Positions 51,743 through 64,000 of a stretch of 64,000 nt of DNA are shown one piece after another. The stretch is taken from positions 354,018-418,017 of the forward strand of contig JAKMXF010000332.1 of NCBI GenBank assembly GCA_024704765.1. The letters run 5' to 3'. The position numbers and the translations under genes were made by a program. The DNA is from Oopsacas minuta (taxonomy: Eukaryota > Animalia > Porifera). Every line of letters begins with the position of its first letter. Within the stretch, counting starts at the first letter, position 1. Under the pieces are notes generated by a model that saw only the letters and a program-made list of their open reading frames with translations, was not told the DNA's origin and searched no databases.

Positions 51743-52520
51743 CTCTTACCATAATATACGTCTGCGGAAATTGTCTTTTCAGCACTTTGTCGAAGTGAGT
51801 GAATTCTCTAACTTCTTACTGAGGGTAGGGGAAAGCACATACCCCGAGGAGAAGGATTGAATGATTCAAATCGACTCTAAGTTTTTAGCGCCCTGGGAGT
51901 GATATTTTTGCCTTGTTATCCTACTTTTTGATGAATCATGACACATACGAAATTCAGGAGTTCATGTGTCAGCACATCATCTTTCACCCAAAAATGAGAC
52001 CTCAGATGTTGTAAATGATTACTTGGTTATGCGAAAGCTTTTCTAAGTGCTGATTCTGTTGATGATAATCAGGTATCGGCGTATACGACAAAGTTATTGA
52101 ATTCTCTGAGTCTTGCTGGTATACCTCTTCGACTGATCCTTAAACAGTACGCGTCCATCATTCTCTTGCGTAATCTTGACCCTACTCAGGGTTAGTGTAA
52201 TGGCACTCGCTTAATCATACGATCCGCTACCAAACATCTTACCAATGCTGAGGTAGCCACATGTATTCATGTGTGGAGTAGATTATTAATTCCTCGGATA
52301 TCACTCCTTACCTAGGACGATTCTTACTCTGAATCGCAGACAGTTCCCCATCCTGCCTGGTTTCTCCATTACTTTAATCCATGGTCAGGTTTAGAGTATG
52401 GAAACTGTTGGAAAATTCTTAGCCTCTCCTGAAGCCATATTCAATTTGATCAACTTTATGTAGCTCTGGGCAGAGTTCAGAATCCTACGGGCTTAAGGAT
52501 TCTAATTAAAGTGGCGTATT
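51743..52520 (+). mobile_element. Decayed Helitron helicase, right part
   Basis: 'EFSNFLLRVGE', 'LSPKNE', 'FLSADSV', 'LLRNLDP..G.CNGTRL', 'LIPRISL', 'RRQFP', 'QLYVALGRV'. The frame continues across the P-element TSD. Confidence 0.8.
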
Positions 52521-52569
52521 GACAAAGTATTAGTGGCGCACAAGAAAGTTATAATAACGCATCACCCTT

Positions 52570-54672
52570 GAGATTATTCCCTAAATATGCCACAGATTTT
52601 CTCTATCATTATAGGTTGTTTGAAACACAAAGAACACTTTGCCACAGTGATTCTGGCATCAATATCTCTTGACAACTTGCGATAAATGTTTGCAATGATG
52701 ATATACCAATTCGATATTTCAAAATTTTTCATACAATTCCAACATTGAAGTTGCATATCATACAAGATATCGTTGAGATTCAGTTTCCGCATTAACATGA
52801 CAAACGGGAATTCGACCCACAAAAGTCAATGATATGATATTTCGGTGTGAGTGAGATCTCTTTGGATATCCAAAGTCGTAGACTATCAAAATCTCCTTTC
52901 TGAAGTAAAGTTATCAGCACATATAATTTCGCATTGATTGTAAGTCTGAGGAGTTGAATCACATTTAAGATTTCATCAAGATGTAATTTTGGAGGGGCAC
53001 AAAATTGTGAATACTGCAAGTATCAACCAAATTCACCCCTTGGCAAGTACCGTTCCATGTGGCACAACGAATTTGTATATTGGTAGTTCTTCTTTCAGTT
53101 GTATTTACGTCTTTAGCCTTCTGTTTATCTTTTTTGTAAATCCCTTCTACAGCTATGTTTTAGGACAGGCTTTATTTTATCCCCTTTTCCTTTTGTTCCA
53201 AAACTTTGGACCACAGCTTTACATGTTTCCGTTTGATACGAAGTAATTTTCGGCCTTTACGAATGTAAAGTATATGAATCTTTGCTTGGATTACTTCATA
53301 GGGCGCCATCCACGGATCTTCATTTTGTGTGCCCGTTTGAGATTTGGATTTTCTATGATTCCACACGAGAACATTTGAGCCTTATTGAATTACTGTACAT
53401 GACCTCTTGCACAGCTTGGAATCATAATTTCTCTTCATTTGTTTCTCCGCTTTGGTTATACTTTCTATTGCTCCGGGAATGTGGCTATTTTGGCTTTACT
53501 CATGAATTCAGAATAATTTCTAATGTTATTTTCACCTGTTATTGGAAGCTCTCCTGTAAATATTTCACCAATGTGCTTTGCTTCTATAGGTGTACGTGCT
53601 TTCCTAAGACCAGACATTAATTCAAATGGAGAAAATCCTGTTGTAACCCTCTTTTTAATATTTATTCCGAATATCACTTGCTCAAGGTACTCATGCCATT
53701 TCTCTCGCTTTGAAGCTAGCATTTCATTAAGTTGCGTTTGACCGTTTTATTTGAGGACTCATCTAGTCCATTTGTCTGGGGATGGTATGGAGCAGACAAA
53801 AGGGTTTTACAGTTGTATGTTGCTTGAAATTTTTGCATTATGGAATTTACAAATTCCTTGCGTTCTCACATAAAATCTCGACTGGAGTTCCCTGTCTGTT
53901 GTAAATAGAAAATAGACCCCTTGCAGTCTCTTCAGCTGATTTTGAATTCAGGGGGCGTGCCTCGATACATTTTGTAAAAAGTCTGTGACAGTTAGAATAT
54001 ACTTGAACCCTGAAGAAGCGAATATTGGGTTACAAAGGTCCATCGCGACCTTATACTTGGGTATAGAAATAACTTGAATAGGTGTAAGTGGTTCATTTGG
54101 GTCCTGAAGCTATACTCACAACGAGAGCAGCGGTCGCACTTATCGATGTAATGTTTAATAGTTTTAGTCATTCCAGGCCAAATGTAGCGATCATGAGCGA
54201 GATTGTATGTGTATCGATAACATTGGTGACCACAATCATCGTAGATTTCTTTCAAGGCGTCGTCAGCCTCTCTCTGCTGGATTACGATCAAAGGTTTGGC
54301 TTCCAATTTCCCAAAGTACAGAAGCTTATTTCTAGCAATTTTGTAATTGTTTGAATTTTTTTGAATTATTCTCTTTTGGTCTCAGATATTCCAAAGGGAT
54401 AAGAACCATCGGAGAGATAATTATATAAATCTCTATACTTTGCTGAATCCATCACGTATAATATCACAAAAACAATTTATATCTGGGTTAATCTTTGATA
54501 TTTATATATATCCAGTGTTTTTGCGTGCGTGTTTACTTAATTACATATTAGAGAAGCCATGTACTTTATGGTGTCTTAAATACGCGCGGACCTAATTAGT
54601 CAATTTGTCAGAATTATAAGAAATATGGTCCGGGCGGACCATTTTTGCAACCGGTCCAAATTTGTCATAACA
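52570..54672 (-). mobile_element. Decayed Ginger/GIN-like (Gypsy-integrase-type DNA) transposon; one terminus at 54672
   Basis: ATG at 54452 ('MDSAKYRDLYNYLSDGSYP'), 'GHQ...RYIWPGMTKTIKHYIDKCDRC', 'IAVDL', 'SAPYHPQTNGLDE', 'TTGFSPFELM'. Terminus TGTTATGACAAATTTGGACCGG lies only ~220 bp upstream of the ATG. No RT/RNase H. Confidence 0.7.
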
Positions 54673-55935
54673 GACTATCTGAACTCGCGAGCGCAACGAG
54701 CGGGAAATATTTTGTAGGTGTACACGTTTCTGGCCAATGTAAAGAAGAAATGACAGCTTCATACTGGGATATAACAAAAATATATTTGCACTTTACATGT
54801 ATAAAAAATGTATAATTATTGAAACTCGCATGAGGGTTTGTATTGAATATAGAAACGCCTGACCTGTATTTGGTGGGGGAGAGAAAATTTAGTGAGCACG
54901 GGCCTGGGCCCTGCTCACTAAATTTTTGACCCCATGCCACACTCTCGACGCTACTGCGCGTAAGTATGAGGCGCAAGGAGGCGGGGTGGTGGTTCGGTTT
55001 AGGGCCGGTATGTCCCTCTCAATCTGAGACAACAGTTAGCCCACTTCTCAAGGGATTTCTCAAGCATTCGCCTCACTTGGATTGTCTCCTACAACATCTC
55101 AAGAACAAGATTGTCATCGAGTTAGTAAATATATGAAAATACTATGTACAACTTATACACCTCTCCTACGATGTGTAATACCCGAGCAGGTCTCTAGGTA
55201 AATATTAAGATTTCAACTAGTATTACTTTATATTCATAGAAACAATAATAAATTTGCATATGAAAAACTAGATAATCCTGAGTAGCCATTTTGGGCAAGC
55301 CTGTATGTATATTTTAAAATTTTGCTAATTTGTTTACTTTTATATTACAAAACATAACAATATACATTCACATATGATTAATTCAAAATCGTGAAGATCG
55401 GATTCAGCATGTTCGATATATTTGGTGAAGTTTTATTGAATTCTATTTACTTCCTTAATAAAGACGAGAATTACATAGTACATATTACATATTATTTTAA
55501 TTTGCTAATAATGGCTTATTTGCGAAATTGATTGATTCTTTCCAACCACTAGTATTATTTCTCGTGTTTTTGAAAGCATATATAGTGGTTGCTAATTGTT
55601 ATTATTATGTACGGTGTAGTTTTAGCATCGACGAGATCTCTGTAGGGTTGCTAATTACCAAACACCAATACAGAAGTAGGGACTGCCTGTAGCTACTCTA
55701 CATGGGCGGAGGTCCTTGGTTGCTCATTGTACTTTTTAATAAGACTTTTAGGATTATGTGCTAGATTTGTTTGGGCGCCAACACCTCATTCTTTGTGTCT
55801 AGTCTTTTCGGGTCTTGCGTAAATCCAGCGTGTAGGCATGAGGCTCTAGGAGGGGTCGTGACGGTTCGGTTTGAGGCTCGCATACTATTGAGGGACCTTA
55901 CACTTATAGATCTATATCAATTTAGATAATTTACA

Positions 55936-57760
55936 TTGTCTCAGATGACGCCAAATGAATCAAGTTCGAGTTATGAAGAGCATATCCTCAAATAGCAGGG
56001 TGATTTCTCAGAGTCATCACAATTTTCTTTTTATGAGGATATCTCCTATATTTCATCACCTCCTGTATCTCCCTGTATACTACCTTACCTTTATGTCTCC
56101 CTCAATCTGAATCCACATCTCAGACAGCAGTTAATCCTATTTCTCCAGGGATATCCAAAGCATTCACCTCACTTGGATTATCTCCTACAACAGCTCAAGA
56201 ACAAGATTGTCTTCAGTTCATAAATGGATGGGACGCCCTTGAAAGCATTGCTTCTATGGAAATATGTATACAACTTGTCACCATCTCTTACTGGTGTGCA
56301 AGACCTGACGATACTGCTTTGCCCGAAACCTCCTAAAGCAAAGAATCGCAAACACCTAAAGGTACTCACACGCAGTGGCTACATTGCTAAATTTCGCATT
56401 CCAAACCTGTGTTACTACTCTCAGATTCATGAGAAAAGAGAAATACACATACCAACTGGCGGTATTCTCTACCTTTTATTGGAGCGAATGTGTTGGGAGT
56501 CTTTCCCTTTACGAAGAAAAGTGGTTTCATGGATACACACCAGTAGAGTGCTATGGCTGGACGCTCTACTGGTATTCGTGGCGTTTTATTCACAAACTAT
56601 CTGCAAAATTTGATGTGCCCCCACCAATTCAGAGCATGTCATCTCCATATCTGAACCGTCTGGAAGTGGTAACAAAGGTTGCAGTAGGGACTGCCATGTC
56701 TGATGACGCTAAACAGCTACGCCAAAGATCAGACTGTGAAGTATCACCTGATGCGAACTTATAATTTCTACCCCAACGTAACCTTCAGCTTCGATAGCGA
56801 CTGGAATACCAAATTACTCTACTGTTATCTATCAACACCGAGGTTTTGCATCAATCCAGCTGTGTTCTGCTCTACATAAACAATTTGATATTGTGGCAGG
56901 GGATCACTCTGGCTGTCCTACTGGAGGGAAATATGGTATGGGTGGAGAAACCCATCAGGTTCTTCAGAAGCTAATGCTCTGGCAACCTTCAAAATTAACA
57001 TAGAAAAGGTGAAAAGAAGTATTCAATACTTATGCGATAGAAGAGTTCTGTAGCCATCTGACATTAGGAATTGCTCAAACTGCTAATGGATCCTTACACA
57101 ACACTATATGGAGTCTCTGTTCAAAAAGCAAGTACTTATCACCTCAATCTATTTTGGATTAGCACAGCTATCGCTGTCCTAACATTCAACGAAGTTGAAC
57201 TTTCACTATTCGTAATCTTGGCTGACCTTGGCCTGTCTCCCTCTTGGCGGACTTATAGCATAATTCTGAAACGACAATACTGGTCAGATTATTCTCGATG
57301 ACCTCAGAAGAAGTTGAATTATCAATTACCAAGAAGAGCGAGACTATTCAAGCAACAAAGAGAGAGTCCCTGTAGAAAGCAGAAGGCGGCAGAACCTATA
57401 ATGGGAGGCAGTTTGGGGCTGAGAATTCCCCAAAGAAGAAGTGTGCCAGGGCTCGGGGACGGATCGGTATAATAGGTATAGGAGGTACTGGAGTGAAGAG
57501 AAATGCGAGGGAGCGTGGTGTTTCTCCTGTTTCCGTACGGTCTTCTAGCTCAACCAGCAGCTCTGACGAGTCGGACACTCTGTACAGTATATGCCACAAG
57601 AAAGAATCAGAACCTGTGACAAAGAGAAACTTGGAAAGAATAAATCAGATTGGGGGGAAGATAATGTGACAACTGCTCTGAATGCGTTCATTACTATTGT
57701 GCTGACGTGGACATTCAGACAGTGTCTAAAGCCTCTTTTACTGTGATAGGTGTTCTTTAA
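55936..57760 (+). mobile_element. Decayed PF20700 'Mutator-like' (Kolobok-type) transposase with PHD-like C-terminus; partial extra copy at 54960-55200
   Basis: 'SQMTPNESSSSYEEHIL', 'TAMSDDAKQL', 'GSSEANA', 'TAIAVLTFN...ILADLG', 'SICHK...HYYCAD...FYCDRC'. Homologous to 34370-35850. Confidence 0.55.
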
Positions 57761-59099
57761 ATTATTATCATTAACTTTTAAATCTACCCACTAGTGATCG
57801 ATAAACTGAATATTTCCGAATATCGGTATTCAACAGATATCGAATAGTTGTTCAGAACTTTGTTTTGAGGCTAAATTACTTCTGAAATATTAGCGGTTTA
57901 GCTGTATCGAATCTTTTTTTAATTATTCTATTGGTAGAATATCTGGCCATAATATTCAGCAGAAAACTATTTCGATCTCTACTACTACCTACGTTTACCG
58001 TTATCCCATGCATAATTTACTGATTGCCAGATGATAACAAGATTTCACTACCAGTATACATGTCAAATATGGTGTCTTAATATCTAAAGTGTGAACAGAA
58101 GATAGATAAGATTACAAATAATACCAGAAGATCAACGAACACGAAATGTTCGGAGGCCGCATAGAGCAAGCGCGTAAATCTTACTTCTACCATTCAATGA
58201 TAAATTTGTAAAGGGGCCGAAGACACCTCGAAAAAGCCTTTCGCAGGAGTAGCAGAAGTGGCTCATGAAGGGCGATTTTAGGATAGTAGTGGTTAAAATA
58301 TAACTCGAATTATCCATATTTGTCAGTTCGAGTGAAGAGACCATCCAAACTGTAATTACTCCAAATATTCTTTTCTTATAGACAGAAATGAAAACATATG
58401 TATATTGTAGATATCGGAGATAGAGACCAAGGTATCAATGACGCCTATTCAGCAAGCACTGTTAGAATTAATGGATATGTCATGCTAAATTTGGTCCGCG
58501 AATATAAGGCTCGGCTGGACTATCCATGATGCCATGGATGGCCACTCTGCGTGTAATGTAACAGGGATATACAATATGCCCCCCATATATTTCTAATATT
58601 GGAGAAATAAGGAATGAATTCCACAAAGTGGTTTACAGAGGTAGCATAAATTGTTAAAATATGATATTTTCTCGAATTTGTGAGACATTTCTGAGACATG
58701 TGGCAACGCTTTTCTATAATATGTCCATAGACAACACTATTAGTACTGATAATTGACTCTAGGACACTAGGATTATGGATTGCATACAACTCTATCTACT
58801 CTATAGCACTGTTAACATCCTTGTCCGAAGGCACAGAATTGTGATTATTCGTTTTAAGATAGCAGACCAAAGATTTGAACATAATGTCATCTTCATATAG
58901 ACAGTGGTGTATGTTTGCTTCTAAAAAATGACGACCTATGCGAGAATAATAAATTTTGAGTGTATATCAATAGCGGACTACGGGATATCAAGAAGTATAC
59001 ATTGTTTTTCGGCCTACAATAATTTCACTGAAATACTAAGTTTAATTCCCTGCATTCATGGAGTCCGTGATTTCCTGAGTCATAGTTCTCTGAATATAT

Positions 59100-61306
59100 C
59101 AAGGTTGGCAGGTTTTGTCCATGTGGTAAAAACCATAGTGGTAAAAACCGTCCTGTCCAAAACCTCCTGACTGGATAAAACTGTCAAAACCTAATTTTAA
59201 TACTAGTGCATGTTACTTGTATATTTTATATGCTGAATAAATACTTGTTGATAGTAAGAAAGATATAACAATACATTGATGTTTAATTAATCTATATTCG
59301 TTACCACTTTAATTCTTGGCATCCTCTAAATTCTCTATAACAAGCTACTAAGTTGCTCGCTTTATCGATTCCCAATCTGTTCCGTAGTTCTGTTTGAATT
59401 AAAACAAAATTCGAGAAAATCCTTTCAATATTTGTGGAACTTGACGGTAGGATTAATAAATTGATAGCTAAATCACAAAACTCATCAGCTACTAAGTTTT
59501 TCGATTTTTTAATGGTCTTCCACCAAGTTACTGGATCTAATGCATCTGTGCATTCAAATATAGATGCGGGAAATGGTGCTTCTTTTGCCTGAAACTGATA
59601 AAGTTGCGGCAAAAGAGAAGCATTTAGTTGAATAAGCAAACCCCTCGCTTCTTCTTGTTGTTCACATGAAAGCCTCTGCCCCATGTACTTCGGATTGATC
59701 ATGTTGGCTAGGAAGTGAGTAGGTGTGGTTGCTTGTTTGAATCGTTTCTGAATTTTGCCTAGGTGACTTTCAGCTCGTCTAACTGGATTAATTTCATCAA
59801 CTCCTCGCAAGAATATGCAACGTTAGACTTTTCCCCTTGTAACTTGTCCAATGATGTTGCAATCGGTTTGAGTTGGTCATAAAGATTCTTAGCCCCACGA
59901 TAAAGGCCAACGTTGTTGATTAGATTTGCAATAGACAAGTCGATAACATCTTCATGTTGTGCCAGAATGTTCAAAAGGAAAGGCCTAATTGTCAGGTATG
60001 TATTGATACACTCCAATTGACTATTCCACCGTGTCACGACTGGTAATTGAGGTTTAAGGGATCCCTTTTGTGCAGATAGGAGGGCTCCAGGATTGTGATG
60101 GTTGCGAAAATATTTATTTATCTCTGTAATATGAGAAATAATTTGCGAAGGGGTGATATCCTTCCCCAACAGGTTCAATAAATGCGATGCACAGCCGTAT
60201 ACTGAAAGTGAGCTGTCAAGCAATTTCAACTTTGAGCGCATTGACTGCATTTTTTGTTCATTGTCAGTAACGACAGCAACAACTTTACACCCAAATTTAT
60301 CAGTTGCTTCTTTGGACGCTTCAATAGCTAAAGAAGTACAATAAGTAGCAGTTTTCTTGTATGATCCAGTGTCAACAGAATTCAGAAAATAAGATCTTTC
60401 TCCTGAATGTACACAATGGGCAATTACAGGGAGTTGTGTATGTCACTCCATACATCCTGTACTAAAGTAACATCCTTCCCTTCCAGAGCTGAAGCAGTCA
60501 TGGTGGTTACTTCATTAAATGTCTTGTCAAGAAGACCTCCAGCTAGACATTTACTTGTAGGTGTATAACCAGGTCTAAGCATAGAAATTGTCTTTTTGAA
60601 TACGTCATTCTCAGCGAGGTTAAACGGAAGATTACAAGCATAAAATAAGCGAGCAATTTGATTGTCGAGAATTTCTTTCTGGTGAGAGCTGGTCTTTATT
60701 GTGAAATCATTCAACTTGGGTTGAATGATCTTATGACATACACGTTTTTCTGGTGGTATAGTTGTGTCACTACTGTTAAAAGGTACTAATATTTCAAGAA
60801 GGTCGTCTTTAGGAAAATTATTTTGGAGTTGGCTTTGAGAGCATTTTTCAAGATGAGTTCTAAGCCTCCCAGCCTTTGCACTGATCATAGCACTACATTT
60901 TATACACTTCGCTCGTATTTTTCCACCATCTTCAACTTTGATGAAAAATTTCCATACTGAATCAATGGGCCTTCCTCCTTGTGCCATTTCAAACTGGTCA
61001 ATTTATGTAAGTAAGATATACAATCTGCACGATAGTAGTCAATTTCTATAATATCACAAATGCTTTGGATAATTATACCCGTTTAGAAAGTATATATGTA
61101 CGAATACTTTATTAGTATATTAATTGGTTGAAACCACACATTTTATGATCACTTTACTGTTTCATTGTAAGCCAGTGTCAATAGTATATTCCCAAAGCAA
61201 AACAAGATATCAACAAGTAATATAGGTATTCTTATTATTGAAGGGTATAGAATTGACCAGTATTGCCCGGTTTTGACCAGCTTTGGACAGGCAAAACCCA
61301 ACCCTG
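59100..61306 (-). mobile_element. Decayed hAT transposon (2207 bp) with BED-finger transposase (60987-59301, broken)
   Basis: 'VWKFF...AKCIKC...RLRTHLEKC', 'QDVWSD', 'GCASHLLNL', 'TRWNS', 'WWK', 'IERIFS'. Ends CAAGGTTGG / CAGGGTTGG; TSD GAATATAT / GAAAATAT (7/8). Confidence 0.85.
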
Positions 61307-63530
61307 GAAAATATCCATGTGGCATACAAAATGATCGGAAATTAACCTCTGGGATAGATTTCTGTACTCCTTCAGATTAGTGTGATGCTTCATTAAAAGT
61401 TGGCTGCACCATCAAGTTAGACAGGTATTCTTCTAGGCCCCGACAGGTATACACATCTCCATTTAGGTACTCGATTATCTTGTTTTGGGGATTTAACCTG
61501 GATGAGTGCTCAATGTCGAACCTCTCATATCCGGGTAGTGTCTTTTTGAGTGCCAAGATCTTAGAATCTGCATGGATCCCAGGTAATAGTAACTCTATGG
61601 AGATGCTGTGTTTATAATTACATATAGGGAACATTTCAATTAACCAGCACTAAGTGAACAGTTTGTCGCTAAAGAATCGTTTTCTACATGCATAACGCAA
61701 TTATCACCACAATAATATGGAATTCACCTGAAATTGCCAAGTGTATATAGAGATTTTGGAACAGTGGCGCGTTCGAATGTAGATTTTTAATTACAAATTT
61801 GGTAATGAATGTGTAAAATTGATGAACTACGGGTAGTCAATACTTATGGATCAAAATACACTTCTCGTTGACAAGTACACCAAGGAACGCTCATAATAAT
61901 ATAGACTTGATATCCAGTGGGATTGTGAGGTCATGATCTATGGCGATAGGCAGGCTGTAAAATATGTATAGCATAAATTATCTGGTAAGAATGAACTAGA
62001 GAAAGTTATTATTTCTCATTATCTAACTGCATGAAATTTCTTTGTTGTAAAGATATAATTATTTAGTAAAAGCGGTGGAGATGCAAATTACCTATGGGTG
62101 GTGCTGCGCTCAACTGTAAACTACACTGAATATGTTAGCTCATCCTGAATTTCGCATTAATCGTATTCATATAACAAGACTCCACTGTAGTTTAAAATGG
62201 ATTTTTGAGTCTGAAATGTCACTCATAGTGATAATGTCTGTCATACTATACTTTGGATGTGAAAAACCATCATATTATGCTTCGTGAAAGCGAAATTAGA
62301 TCCAATATAAAGGGAAACATTCACCTAAATACACAAATATATAATAGCACACTACATTCAGTATCTGCTATCTCGATACATATTTTACCCTTGTTTTACT
62401 ATTCGATTATATAGAAAATCAGTAGGCTAAATCGAAGTCCAGTTATCTCGAACCTTCTCTATCTAGAACGCTTTTCTGTTTCATTGAAATTCTTCAGCCT
62501 CTTAACTTGATCTTTTTGACTAATTAGGAGCTAATGAATACAAATTGTAATCGTTGCTACCAATAATTAACCCGGAAGCAGTCATAGCCCCATCTGAACG
62601 ACAAAAACTGGATATGAATACCAGCCCTCACACCGGAAACTATGGGTCATACGTTAGATGTTGTAACTTCATTGAATTGAGCTTGTATTAAGCTCCACGA
62701 ATAGAGTATAATTACATCTCATTAATGGTTCCCAATGAGACACAACTTATCCGAATATGCCTGGAAATGTGTGATTTTATGACGTCAAAAAGGTGCAAAA
62801 TCTCGATTAGGTATGGGAATTGGTTAAAATGAAGTGGTAAAATTTTGTATTCTTTTTCGTTGTGAAAGTAAAACTTCGGCCGTAATCGGTGAATAAGATG
62901 TTTTGAGGAGGGGCACACCTAAACATTATAGTTTGATTAATGTGATAAGTGTATGCTGTGTTTGTTCTTTAAAAAGTATATATTAAATTTTCCTGGCACA
63001 TTATAATTTAAATTTAATAACAAATTTTGTAAACACTCAAGTCCGACAAGTTCACGTGCACTTTTAGCATAAATAACATTATTAATATTAGAGGTGACCT
63101 GGTAATATGACAAGGTCAATCTGGTAAATTCTACGGAGGCTTGAACTGATCAGCGTGCATTACTGGCAGATGGGTATTTGCTAGACCGCTTAGATTAATA
63201 TATTGAAAGGTATAATACAATACAATATATTAAATAGTCAATGCGAGGAAAGTGACTCCTCATAACTCAATCTAGGGGGACTGGGGTACGCAGGCATAAA
63301 AAGATTCATAACCACTGCATTAAATTGAAGACCTCTGCTAAATCGAATAGTTTTTCATTCCCTGAGGGTTAGAGCTACTGGATGTTAATTATATACATAT
63401 CATCATTGGCTTCAAGTATTAGGAAACAAAATTACATCTGGGAGGTTCACAATGCAAATTCATACCTCTATGGTTCTATGTAAATTTCACTAAATACGGT
63501 CTCTACAACTAAACTTGGGGGTCTAACCTC

Positions 63531-64000
63531 CCGAGCTGCAAATGGATCACAGACCCATGGTCAATGTGTCAGATGGGTCAGTGGGTCAGAACCCATCAAT
63601 TTTTTATTCAATTTCACAGACAATGTATGAGAAGGGGGTATCACTTCAGAACACCTTTTCAATAAAGAGTTAATAATAGTGGTCATTATACTGAATGTTT
63701 GGAACACCATAAAGTGCGAGTAATAATTTGGTATGTGTTCAGTCAACCTAATAGCCACTCCACTCATAATAAAGCTTCAGGCCCCTTAATGCTCGGAATA
63801 TCATAAGATCTCAGCGTAATGAATTTTGCCAGAGTCTCGAACGTGTTGGAAGGATATAAAATCAACTTGGTTTTATGATTTTGTTAAACTAAATACATAC
63901 TTTAGATTTTCTTTGAATAATCAAATACATAATGGGTCAGGATGGGTCAGATAATAATATAATCGGGTCATATGGGTCATGGGTCAACTAATGTGACCCA
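63531..64000. mobile_element. Probable hAT-type non-autonomous element with repeated GGGTCA/TGACCC subterminal motifs, running off the window
   Basis: Starts ccgagctgcaaatggatcacagacccatgg. About 8-10 gggtca/gaccc motifs are clustered at 63545-63600 and 63930-64000. Confidence 0.5.

Noticed and set aside
52570-54452. Gypsy LTR retrotransposon pol fragment
   Set aside because: There is no room for RT/RNase H upstream of the integrase ATG, and a TIR-like terminus is present. Ginger is preferred.

Overview
AT-rich eukaryotic (animal-like) genomic DNA dominated by DNA transposons and their relics. I saw no rRNA, tRNA or CRISPR array. Three single-ORF host genes lie on the + strand: PIGC (22311-23135), a TBC1D16-like RabGAP (28521-29897) and a POLDIP3/SKAR-like RRM protein (42331-43275). 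The mobile elements include an apparently intact 3.43-kb hAT transposon (15-bp TIRs, perfect 8-bp TSD, predicted spliced 964-aa transposase) and a Transib/RAG1-core-like transposase broken by one nonsense codon, followed by a foldback of inverted ~59-bp tandem arrays. There are also three decayed mariners (one carrying a nested pogo-like element), a Chapaev-like relic, copies of a PF20700 'Mutator-like'/Kolobok-type family, a scrambled Helitron, a Ginger/GIN-like integrase element, a BED-finger hAT and several MITEs. A THAP/P-element inserted in the Helitron has its THAP-coding segment cleanly inverted; flipping it back restores the reading frame at both junctions. The TE repertoire and intron-poor genes recall a glass sponge (Oopsacas-like) genome, but that is an unverified impression. 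All family assignments come from motif recognition by eye, without database searches.
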